Positions 52,269 to 64,000 of a stretch of 64,000 bases of DNA are shown piece by piece. Position 1 is the stretch's first letter. The number at the start of each line of letters is the position of its first letter. The notes under the pieces are model-generated. The model worked only from the letters and a program-made list of their open reading frames with translations. It had not been told where the DNA came from and searched no databases. The DNA comes from Lingula anatina. Its lineage: Eukaryota; Animalia; Brachiopoda. The translations under genes and the position numbers were made by a program. The stretch spans positions 37,268,401-37,332,400 of the forward strand of contig CM120641.1 of assembly GCA_051362555.1 (NCBI GenBank). Reading direction: 5' to 3'.

Positions 52269-53436
52269 TGAATTATTTGAATAAGCTTATATGGGGTATA
52301 TCTTGCGTTTTATATCTCAAACAGTGTTTTTGAGCCAAGCAATAGTAGAACATCTTGCTGCATTTATTACTGCTTCTGTATCTGGCAAGTGAGATCAGTA
52401 AGTTTTTCTGTTTTCCAATGTGAAGTAAGGGGCTTATATGAGAAAAGTATTATCCTACCTACATGTACCTACATTTATTTCAGAATCAGCTGCAAAAGAA
52501 TATAAGACCGTACTTACCAATTAGGCAGCTTTATGAGGGTATCGCTTAATTAACCCAAATTGACAAAATGTAGTAGGCCCTATATACGGAGTATATGATC
52601 CATTTACAAAAATAAACAATAAAACAGCTAATTTATGTACTGTGAACGTTTGGGTTTAATACACAAGAAAATGAAAATATATATATATGAATAAAAGCAA
52701 TTTAATTATCTCTTACAGTACCATCTAGAAAAAAATTCTGGTTTTTATCTACAATTTTACTGCCATTAGTAGGCGTAGGGGCCTACCGCGCGGTAAAGGA
52801 AACTCAGGGAAAGTATTGTAAACACAGGATTAGAACTGCATTACAAACAAAATAATATTAAAAATAAAGAATAAAAACTTACAGGCCATGGATCGAGGTT
52901 TTAATGATGGAATAATGTGAAGTTGAGATTGTTCTCCAGGGAAACGAATCGAAAGCGCGTCGCCAAAATCTAAATCTGTTGAGTGTTTGGTGCAAATACT
53001 TAGCCCCGGGCCTTTTACCTTTTTATTGGAGAATCACTTTGTTGTTTTGGAAATCATTTGTTTGGAACAGGTTTTGGGCGAATAAAACTATTAATTCGTC
53101 TAAGGTCTAAGCAGCAGTCGACAATTTCAGCTCTTTAATATAAAGGATCGTTTTTAAGCACTGAGGCAAATTAGTTGTTTCAAATAGGCCCAAGTTAGGC
53201 CTACTCTTCAGGTAAAACAAAAAGAAAAAAGCACCAATTTTCAGAAAAAAGAAAGAAAAACGTCAGTTTGCCTATGTCAAAATCTGCTGCCTCAAGTCTG
53301 AGTGTTGTCACAGAAATCCCCCGTAGTCAGTTTGCTATTCAAATTCGGTAACAGGCTATCTTGGTCAAAGATAGCTGCGCCACCTATAGGATCACTTTAA
53401 AAGCGGGAAGGTCGAAAGTGTTGTCTGACGCTAGAA

Positions 53437-56400
53437 ATGAGTGTAGTAAAACCTGCTTCCTCGTCGTTCGCAAGAGATAAGGAGCTTAATGCAAAGTAAG
53501 TAAATTCATTGTGATGAGGTAAAAAATAAACATTCATCCACCCAAGGTACTGTAGAACTTGCGTCTCGCATCTAGTCGTTTCGATTGGCCTACATGTACA
53601 AATACATGCACTGTGTGAGGAAGTAATATGGAGCTGTAGTTGTACTATTTGTAAACATGTGGTCCTTTTGATTTAGAGTGCAGTTGTTGTGGAAAGTTAA
53701 AATAAATGTGGTTTTAAGGGATGATGAGATATAGATCCACCAAGGTTCTAATTACACCCAGGTGGTACTAAACTTCCTAAACTTCGTATAGATCACGCTG
53801 CGGCTTAAAATTAATCTCCTCAAAAATGCCCAAGGACACACGAGAGGCTGTACAGACATTTGATTATTGAATAGACAGATGAAAATACAACAACAAAATA
53901 TGGCACACAAAATCTGAATATTGACATGTGTAAATCAGCATGAAGTTGATTTTATATTGCAGAAAAAATCCCTCCATGACTCCAGCAGAGCAAAATATTG
54001 TGAGTCACTTGAAGCTGATGTTTCCACAACTATCAGCATTAGCCATAGAGACCAGTGTGCTGCACCCTTCTAATAGACACGAGCCATGTGAAGAAAGAAT
54101 TCTGCTTAATCGTTGTATAGATGACCTCATTGAATTGAGAACATTTAAAGAAACCACACAGACTGATACTGATTATATTGATGTGGATTCTGATGGTATG
54201 TATGTTTCTAGTAGATTTATTTTGTATAAAGAAGTGGTTATTGTAATAAATTCCTGACCGTGTCTTTGAATGTACCAGTAATTTTTTCAATTATTGACTT
54301 AGGCTTTTGGTTAATATGTTGTTTTGCTGACCTCAGAAAGCTGATAAGGCTTGGGTCAGTATCACTTTTGTGAGTTCAACAAAACTCTTATTCTATCCCC
54401 TTTAAAGATAGCCTGGGTATAAACTTCTTGCTGTTCTGGTTTCAACTTTTAGCGCATATTAAAGGCTGCTTCCTTTCAGATGACATAGAAGTATTGAGGA
54501 ATGCAAGTCACAGTAAAACCCCAGCCCCAACGGACCATGACCATCCTATTTTAATAGACTCACAGGAAATAGAATGGGATGATGACCTCACATATGACGA
54601 TGTTCTAATTATTAATGCACAAAGCAAAGCAGCAGCTGATCCAGTAAACTCACCAGTGGAGAGAAATGTGGATGTTACTGATGGATCTGTTGGGACCAGT
54701 GTGAGAAATGGAAAGTATAATGTAGTTGTAGAAAAGACAGTTGCTAATCAAAACTTCGCAGCAGAGGCTGGTCATTCTACCACAGAAAAGTCGCACAATG
54801 CTACTACAACTTCTTGTAACTCTACAGTTACTTCCACATCAATTGGTGCTCAAGTTAGTGATAAGCCTTTAAGTGGCACTTGTGAGATCACTGTTAAAAC
54901 AGTTTCTTCAGCCCCTAATAACATTCTTACTCCTGCAGTGCAGACAGTTCAGGATACTCTAAGAAAAACTTCACCCAAGTCAACTATCCAAGATGAGCAA
55001 ACTTTGGTACATAGGCAAGCACATGGCATGGCCCATACTTCTACACCCCAACCAGTCAAATACCCTCTGAAAAGAATGTCTCTGAATCCGAATGCTCAAA
55101 GTAAGCAGCTTGCATCACAAAGTGTGACTCATACTCCTGCAGCCCAACCAGCAAAGTATCATCTGAAAAAAATGTCACCAAATCCCACTGCCCAGAGAAA
55201 GAAACTCTCAACACAAGGTCATCCACAAAATATGTTTCATACACCCTCAGCCCAACCAGCTGAGGTTTCTATGAAAAATTTATCGCCAAATCTGACTCTT
55301 CAGAACAGGCAACTTCCAATACAGCATCATGCACAAAATATGACTCAAATCCCTGCAGTCTCTCTAGTTCAGAGTCCTTTGAGAAAAATATTGCCACAGT
55401 CAGCTAACCAAAACAAGCAGGTTCCAGCAAACAGTCTCTTGCATAGTAACACTCCTTCAGGTAAAATAGTTCCGGATCCTGCAAAAAGAATTGCTCCAAA
55501 CACAGCTAACACAGATCAGCAGATCCTAGCTCCAAGATGGGCAACGACACTCCAAGATTCACATCTAATTAATCAATTGCAGTCACCTAAAAGGCAACCC
55601 AAGACACCTCAGGCTGCACCAATCCAAGGACAAGATTACTCAAATGTATTACTGTCTTTTCCCTCTACATCATCCCAGGCACTGCCATTGCTCTATTCTA
55701 TACCAAAGCCACAGGGCCTAGTTCAGCAAATAGCTATAACACCTGTGTCATGTCAAGGAACTTCATCAGCCATTGGACCGGGCCCTTTTTTAGCAGCAAC
55801 CACAACTGCACAGCCCAGCACTTCAAGGTACATAGATTGAAAATTGTTTTTATTAAGAAACCCATTATTGTTACTCCTTCATTTAATATGTGAACTGTAG
55901 TGTTGGCAGCATTTGTTAAGCAGACTGTATTTTGATTGATGATTTGAGTGTTAAGCTAGATGAGGCTTGTTAATATGCACATCCCAGTGTTAAATCTTAT
56001 ATGTTGATATAATTTGATTGTTTCCAATTTATAAATTTGATTTAATTTTTTTCCATACTGATACATATTTTATTTTAGGCAAAAGTCTCCAGAAGAGATC
56101 TTAATGGAAAAAGTGACAGAAGTGGTATGTGCTTCAAAAGTTTCATTCATTAATGTTAATAAGCAAAATAAAATGCTGACAAACTTTTTGTATTAGAAAG
56201 TTTATACAACAACATTAATAAGACATAGGGTTTAATTCTTTTATGGTGTTTGAGATTATCAAAGAATAAATATTCTGTAATGAATGTTTAGCAGAAGAAT
56301 TGTTTCTTGACATGCACCAGTATTATATTAATAATTTATGTACTCATTCTGGTGATATCATATAAATGTTTTAAATATCCATCTGTTTTAAATTGAAATT

Positions 56401-59400
56401 GCTTTATCTGAAAGGTAACATTGATCCCAGATGTAGACCCGGCCCATGTGAAGTCACTATTGCAGTTCCAGTACTCTTCTCCAACTGCTGTCAATGATGT
56501 GGTATTGAACCTGCTGGAAGCTGGAAGCTACCCAAAAGTTTGCCAGACTAGTGGTAAAACTGCAGTCTTGACAACAGAGAAGGTAGACATTAGGCATATT
56601 TTTTAACGTGTGATAACATATTTGTTGTCTGCAATTTTTTTTATGTACAGACACAGATGTGTCTGTACATATTGCCATCACCTGCGTCTGTCGTCGCCGT
56701 CGCCGTCGCCGTCGCCGATCATGTCGCCGTCGCCGTCGCCGTGCACTTTCAGCGTTAACACCATAAGTGAAAGACATTTTTTATTTTTGGCTTTATATTT
56801 ACAGAGCTGACTAATATTCATAAAACGCAGGTCAAGTTCGAAAATCAGCATGATCAGGCCATTATTGTAGAATTTATCCTGTTTTTTCACTTTTTAGCAT
56901 ATATGCAACACTGTTAACACATTTCAAGGAAAACCGATAGGCCTGTTGTCATGAAACTCACAGGAGTTATCAATCTTACTAAAACGCAGATCAAGTTCGA
57001 AAATCGGCATGATCGGGCCACTATTTTAGTAGTTATGCTGTTTTATTCACTTTTCAGCATATGTGCAACACTGTTAACACATTTCAAGGAAAACCGATAG
57101 ACCTGTTGTCATGAAATTCACAGGAGTAATCAATCTTACTAAAATGCAGGTCAAGTTCGAAAATCAGCATAATCGGGCCATTATTTTATAAGTTATGCTG
57201 TTTTTTCACATTTCCTCAGATTCAATTCTTCGGCATGTTAACAGTCTCATTATTTAACTAATAAGATTAGTAAAAGTGTTTGTTTGACATTTCCTGCATC
57301 TTTACAACATTGTTAGTTGATTATGTAAAAATTATGGTAAACTTGTTATCATGTATTGTATAATAGAGTTTCAAAAATGGAAATAAACTCATTGCAGTTT
57401 GTCAGATTCATTCATTCACTATGTTCAGAAACTCAGAATGGAGGAAATTGGACATTAAACACTGTTCTATTGATATTTTTCCCATCTCATCAATTTTCTT
57501 AGTTGATCATATTTAAATGGCAGTAAATTGTTAATTTTGTTATATGTTAAAAAATTGTTAAAAATGAAAAAAAAAACACATTTCAGGACAGTGCTGTCTT
57601 GTCTACATTTTGGCATTTTCAAGGTGTGACTTTGAAGTTCCTTGGGCCTGAAGACCTTTGCTAGGTACATTTTCTGAATATCCATGATACTAATATTTTA
57701 TTATTAAAAATTGATGGTAATTATCCTGTTAAACATTATGTAATATTGCATCAAAATTTGAAGACACCCCTATTTTGGACACTGCTCCCATGATGACCAT
57801 TTAAGGAAAACCATGTCACTTACTGTTCTCAAACTTACAGGAAGAAACATGGGACTTAAATAAAGCTTCAGTGGGCAATGCAGTCTATTTGGTAAATTTT
57901 TTTGGCAGTTAATCAGTTTTTTGTGAAAATTTAATTTTTCACATATTGGCATTTTCAAGGTGTGACTTAAGAATCTCCACCGGCTTGAAGACCCATGCTA
58001 GTCACATTTCTGAAAATCCATGATACGGATCTTTTATTAATAAAAACTGATGGTCATTATGCTGTTAAGCATTATGTAATATTGCATTAAAATAGAAGAA
58101 AACACAATTTTGGGTGCTGCTGCCATGATGACCATTATGGGAGAACCATGATACTTATGATTGTCAATCTTTCAAAAAAGAAACAGGACTAAAATGCAGC
58201 CTGAGTTAGAAAAGCAGTCTAATTGGCTTCTTTTTCTGGAAGTTATACATTTTAGTGAAATATTCATTTTTATCATGTTGGCATATTCATTGTGGGACTC
58301 GAAGCTCCCATGGACATGAAGCCAAATGGTAATCAAATTTTCTACATGTCCATGCTATTTATAGTCAATAATCAAAAATTGGTGATAATTATTCTGTAAT
58401 TTATTATGTAATGTTACATCAAAATTGACAAAAATCTTTTTGCACTGCTACTACAAACATTATGAAAAGAAAACTGTGTTACTTATTATTATTTTCAACT
58501 TACAAATATGATTTGTAGGATTGGCATGCAGTTCAAATAAGGAAGCCAGCTCAAATGGGTTATCATTTATTATTGAATTTAAGCAGTTTTATGTGAAATT
58601 TTCATTTTTCTCATTCTGGCATTTTCAAAGTGTGAACTTAAACTCCCATGGGCCTGAAGCCTTACGCTTGTTACACATTTCACTTACATTGGTAATACCT
58701 GTTGAGCATAATTAAAATTTGATGTTGAATTTGCAGTTAAGCATAATGTACTTTTGCATCAGAATTGACAGTAGCCTGTTTTGTTATTTCCTGCTTTTTG
58801 TCTGTACATTTGACAGCTTTGCTGCCTTGTTTTCGATAGATAATATCATGGATCTAATTATTATTATTTTTTCCTTTTCTTTAGTTAAGTGAATTACAGT
58901 CATTAGTATGATAAAAATCTTAGCAAACTTGATTAACTTTTAGAGTCAATTAAGCAGATGAATGCCAGTTATTTTTGTTAAAACATTTGTGATTTTGTCC
59001 ACTAATGGAATAAAGGTTTTTAAATAGAAGTTGTCAAATAAAAGCAAAACATGGTAACTGTCTACTTTGAATCATAAAGAGATGAAATGTGCATATTGTA
59101 TGAAAAATTGAAAAAAAAATCATGTTTGATTTGGTAAAAAAGTAGATTTAGCTATCTTTATCATAGTTTTCATAAGACACAATCTCTTACTGAGGCTTTA
59201 AATAGTAGATAATAAATGCGTAAAATGATGAAATACATATAAGGAATGAACTGAGATTAACAAATATCGTTTCTGTTAAATATATTATTTATATTCATCT
59301 TTTTTTCTCTAGGATGACGAGTGTGAGATAGACTACTACAAGGAGTACAGTAAAATCCCAGATCAGGAATATACCAGACAGTCGTGTATTCTGTTGCAAA

Positions 59401-62400
59401 ATGAATTTAGGAGGGTAGGTTCTTTAAATATATTTTGTTGATTAATCTAACCCAAGTCAGATGTTGTTCTTTCACATGAAATTTTCAGTTTATTGGGGCT
59501 TGTATGGGCTAACAGACTTATATGGTATTAAAAGACAGCAGCATTATATTTACAGATCTCCGTGCGCGACATTCGAGCAGTGTTAGCCTGGTTCAAATGT
59601 CATTATGCCCCTGCCAGAAAGTGTATTTATGATGGTCTGGCCAGTGTCTTAGGAAATGGTAAGTTTTTTTTTCCACAATTAGGAGACACCAAATAGTGTA
59701 TATAAGTGGTAGAATATTTCTTAATCTTGTCACTTTAATAGTACTTAAAAAACTTAAATAAAATTTTATAATTTGGTAATTTAAAATTATCATTAAAATT
59801 AAAATTACCATTTATTATGTTTTAAACTTTTTGGAATATGTGCAGTTGTGTTCATGAGAATTTTTATAACCAATTTTCTGTAATTACCAGGTGAAGACCA
59901 AGCAGAGAAGTTAGATTTGTCTATGGCAACTGTAAACATATCTACCATTCCTACAATACCTATAAAGATACAAATTCCTGGTGGTAAGTGTATTTCACGA
60001 AAACCAATAGATGATATTTAAAAAAAAATGTCTAATTTTTCTGTCAATTTTGCCAATGACTATTTAAACCTGGAGGCAGTGAATCATGGCTTGGGGTTTC
60101 CTTAAGCCTATCAGGTTGACTTAGTTTTTGAATAGAACTATCTTTAATGCACTAAAAAAAGGATTACAGTGTTTTGTAATACAATGCATGTTTACCTGTG
60201 TGATGTTTTGTGTTATTTGGTATGATAACAATTTCCTAATTGTATACATTTATATATTTCTTAGGTCGTGAGAGCACAATCAATGCCAAAGTGCTGAAAA
60301 CTCTTCGCCCCTTGCAGAAATTCCCAAGTAGCATGGAAAAAAACCTTGAGAAAGAAGTTCAGTTTGTGGTAAAAAAGGCCAAAATTGAAAAAGAGGTGAA
60401 ATGTTGATATCTCTTATATTTCTAGCACTAATATTTAGGTTCATTTTAATTCAGATTTTCAGTATGATTAATGCATTTACAATAATGATATCAACATAAA
60501 ATAAAAGCACAGTGTATGCTAACTAATCTGGATTGTTTGAAATTTTAAATTGTTTTTTTGGGTCCATTTTAACTTTATATATCAGACAATGGGGTGTATG
60601 ATCCTGTATGCATAGCACTACGGCTGGAGAAAACGTGAGCAAAATCTATTAATTCAAAACCTGGAATGAAATTCAATATTTGTTATCAAGTGCTGAATCT
60701 GATGATTGAATTTTCTTTGTTTCAGGCCCAGGATCACCTATTTGCAATGAATCTAAATGAGCATCAGTATGAAGAGACAGGTCAGCTTATTGAGTGTGGC
60801 TGCTGCTATGGAGAGTTCCCGTTTGATTCCATGGTGCAGTGTTATGAGGGCCATTTGTTTTGTATGGAATGTCTGCAAAGATATGCACAAGAAGCTGTGT
60901 ATGGTTCTGGAAAGGTGAATTAATAATTAAATTTGATGATCTCTATTCTTTTGCTCATGTACCATGATATGCACCTATGGATAATAAAAAGCACATATCA
61001 AGTGGCAGATAAATGAGGGCATTTTAACTAAAATTTTGCTGAAAGATGTGTTTTTAATAACTCCGCTTTCCTGGTCTTTTTTCTATACCCAGATCTCTTT
61101 TTCTATAGGTCAGTTCATGAATAAATGTGTCTGTATGAATATTTATTGGTTTTATTGTTTTAGGCAGAGTTGAATTGCATGACAAGTGACTGTGATGCTA
61201 CCTATCCAATGAGTGAGTTTCAGTTATTAAGAATTATATTACACAGTTACAAATGACAGTATATGATGTCAAAGCATATCCAATCCTACAAACTTGTATT
61301 TGTTTCTTTCTTGTGGATTTTATTTTCACTTATCTTATAATAAATTTATAATTAAACAAGTGGGCGCAAAGAAGTGTTTGCTGTTTTGTTGTCAAGGATC
61401 ATTGTGAAAAAACTTATGATAGTATTCATTATATTTCTGTTTTCATTAATGAGGTTTTGATAATTTGGGACAATTAGGTGGTTTGAGGTGATTGTTAGAA
61501 AATATTAATAGTCAGGTAATATCATTTATTGAGTTTTTTTTATTAAAAGTAGACAGAAACCAGGGAGAGTTCATTCTTATTTTCAGGCCAGTTGCAGAAG
61601 TCCCTGCCCTCTACAGTCCTTGCCAAATATGAAGACAGAGTGAAAGAAGAAACTATTAACTTGGCAAATTTGGAAGATCTTGTTCGGTAAAATATTTATA
61701 TTGTAAAGTGATAAATGTCTGTGTATTCATTACTATTGTTGAGTGAGATGATGGAAATTTGAAGCTGTATGGCACATTCTGTCATAAATTTTACTCTTTG
61801 TCTGATTTGTGGTTTCAGTTGTCCTCATTGTAACTTTGCTGCTCTGTTAGACCCTGCTGACAAAGTTTTCAAGTGCCAAGATCCTAAGTGCATGAAGGTA
61901 ATAACATCCATTGCATCTAAAGATATAAAAATAAAATGAAAAAGATAGGTAGTTTAGGCTGGTGTGCTTTATTTTTTATTTTATTCTTTAGTTATCATGG
62001 GTAGTTTTCTGGGAAACTATAACTGAAAGCTTGTTTTTGTAGGAAACGTGCAGGCACTGTAAAGAGGACTGGTCTGGACATTTTGGTATTCCATGTAATG
62101 AACTTGAAAAGAAGGATGAAACAAAGCTCAGGCTGTCATTGTGAGTATCACAATTTTGGTCATGTAAGGGCCTGCAAGGAAAACATGAGCAATGTATGGG
62201 AAACCATCTGTCAAGAATAAATAACATTTATTGGAGCAGGAAAGAACAATTATTAAAAGCTAGATGATATACTTTGTCATATTTGTTTTTGTTAAATGGC
62301 AGAATCAAAATTTCAATAAGAAACTTCTACAAGTTTTTCAAGCTTATTTCAAAGTTGATGATTTGTAAAGGTAGTGCCATGGATTTGCTATATTCTAAGT

Positions 62401-63457
62401 AAGAATTTGAAAATGATATATACAGGGTTGTGTGAATATGAATGTATTTATTTTAGTGAAGAGAAAATGACTGAAGCCAAGATTCGCTCGTGTCATAGAT
62501 GTAAGACGGGTTTCACCAAGTCAGATGGGTGCAATAAGATGACATGTCGCTGTGGTGCCAAAATGTGTTACATATGCAGAAAACCAGATGTAAGGATAAT
62601 GCCATTAGTTGTTGAAACAAAATCATGACAATCTAAATCAATTTAAGTTTCCACTATGTACATCTGTACCAATGTTTGATTTGTGGCATGATTTATCATC
62701 CCCAGTCTTGGACTGTTCAGTAAAAATTTTAATATAGAATTCCTATATGTTTGAAGGAAGATGTCTTGTTACAGATGGAGGTCCTAAATTACTAGTGGTA
62801 TAGTGATAGGAATAGAACTTGCTATATATCCAAAATATCTTTTTTAATTATTAAGTAAATTAATGGAGAATAATTTTGCTTTTTGTTTAGTTTTCAAAAT
62901 TAAATGATTTATATGATTTATTGTTTATTTTTTCAGATTGATTACAACCATTTTTGCCGTCATCCACGTGACCCAGGGAAGGCATGTACTAAGTGCTCTG
63001 ATTGCTCACTGTGGACCAATCCTGAAGTAAGTTATATGTAGAAGTTAGCTTAGAGCTAGCACAATACAGTTGTTTCCTACGATAAAGTGCCTTAACAACT
63101 TGAGCTGTCTGCCATTACATAACATATCATTGTATATCATTTTTTTTTAAATGATAACTTTTAACTCCCTTAATTTATATAGGAAGATGATGAGCGGGCA
63201 GTCCAAGAGATCAGGAGACTCGCTCAAGAAGAAAGGAAGAAAATGGGTAAGAAATGAAATTAAAAAAAAATGAATGACATTTGCATTTCAACTCCAGTAA
63301 TGTAGCAATGATATGAAAGGGACATGTATTGGCACACATGTATACATGTATTGTAAGTTATTTATTTATTTTTTTTTTTTTAATTCTAGGATTTGAGGAT
63401 GACAAACTCATTGGAGTTCCAGATGAGCCAGTCGCTAAGAAAGCCAGAAAACATTAG
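53437..63457 (+). CDS. RNF216: RBR E3 ubiquitin ligase RNF216/TRIAD3-like
   Basis: 18 exons: 53437-53495, 53963-54195, 54480-55827, 56079-56124, 56415-56583, 59313-59414, 59556-59658, 59891-59983, 60265-60395, 60726-60914, 61164-61212, 61587-61686, 61819-61897, 62043-62140, 62457-62589, 62937-63026, 63183-63246, 63390-63457. RING1 [14 protein letters not shown]...GHLFCMEC; IBR CPHC...C.HC...H.GIPC; RING2 [19 protein letters not shown]; C-terminal YNHFC.H...C..C..CSLW. Confidence 0.92.
56642..58831 (+). mobile_element. Helentron-type non-autonomous element with two internal tandem arrays in RNF216 intron 5
   Basis: 5' palindrome tatgtacagacaca-ga-tgtgtctgtacata, then a (gtcgcc)n microsatellite. 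About 160-bp repeats at 56822, 56981, 57141; degenerate ~335-bp repeats at 57611, 57947, 58279, 58617. 3' subTIR tgtctgtacat (58799), hairpin gacagc-ttt-gctgcc, end cttgtt. Confidence 0.8.
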
Positions 63458-64000
63458 CAGCCAAGTCAAGAAACTGTAGCATTTGGCAATGCAGACACTA
63501 ATTTGGAAAAACTTCTCTTTGGATAACCTTCTGGACTTTCAACTGAAATGACAACTGAAATAACATTGTTCAAATTTTAGAATATGGAAATAATTAAGAA
63601 ACAGGTGATATTTTAAGCAATTGATATTGTAAACATTGAATATTTTACTGTTATAGAAGAATGATTTGTGCCATGAAAAATATGCAAAAGTAATGTTTTT
63701 TAAATGTCTTTTTGTCTGGTCAGAAATTCTCATGCATTTTTTATTTTGTGTCAAGTATCAAAAAGTCAGGTTGTTTAAAAGGCAACAAAATAAATAATTA
63801 TGTTTAGTTCATAATACAAGCAGTGTAGTTATTCATCAGAAATTGTAGACTGTTAATTGTAGGCAATGTTAGCCTTGGGTAATTAAACTTATATTTCTAG
63901 TCTTAAAAAAAAAAACATTAATAATGTCTCTGGCTATTGATTTTTTCAAGAATTAGAGTTGAAGAAGCACACACAAATTATCAATATTCTAATGCATAAT

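Noticed and set aside
56457-56890. Arg-rich, SP-rich and DG-rich ORFs
   Set aside because: Translations of the (gtcgcc)n microsatellite of the Helentron element.
42941-63457. PGRP, MFS transporter and RNF216 as an immune gene cluster (peptidoglycan cleavage, muropeptide import, TLR regulation)
   Set aside because: The transporter looks MFSD4-like rather than SLC46/SLC15. No shared regulation is visible, and adjacency alone is weak evidence in animal genomes.
1-64000. U12 introns, hammerhead ribozymes and bacterial contamination
   Set aside because: No (G/A)TATCCT donor at the exon ends I mapped, and no CTGATGA...GAAA core with proper stems by eye. The bacterial-like genes contain spliceosomal introns and sit among animal genes.

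Overview
AT-rich, intron-rich, gene-dense animal genomic DNA. A marine invertebrate, probably lophotrochozoan, is inferred from gene content and repeat types; the taxon is not proven. Reading splice sites by hand gives 10 protein-coding genes in order: a 5'-truncated YeeE/YedE (TsuA-like) sulfur transporter (+), a single-sushi transmembrane protein with PY motifs (+), PP2D1 (+), EFHB (-), RAB5 (+), TAF5 (-), RPL41/eL41 (+, missed by the ORF track), a secreted SH3b-PGRP amidase (-), an MFSD4-like MFS transporter (+) and an RNF216/TRIAD3-like RBR E3 ligase (+). EFHB/RAB5 and TAF5/RPL41 are head-to-head pairs. Introns carry three different Helentron-type non-autonomous elements (one with a 146-bp satellite forming a 4-mer higher-order repeat) and several TIR MITEs. 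There are no CRISPR arrays, rRNA or intact tRNA genes. I found no convincing wholly new multi-gene system. The best leads are the animal YeeE transporter, the endolysin-like SH3b-amidase, the PP2D1-EFHB-RAB5 linkage matching human 3p24 as recalled, and the Helentron satellite. All assignments come from motif recognition and memory; no database search was run.
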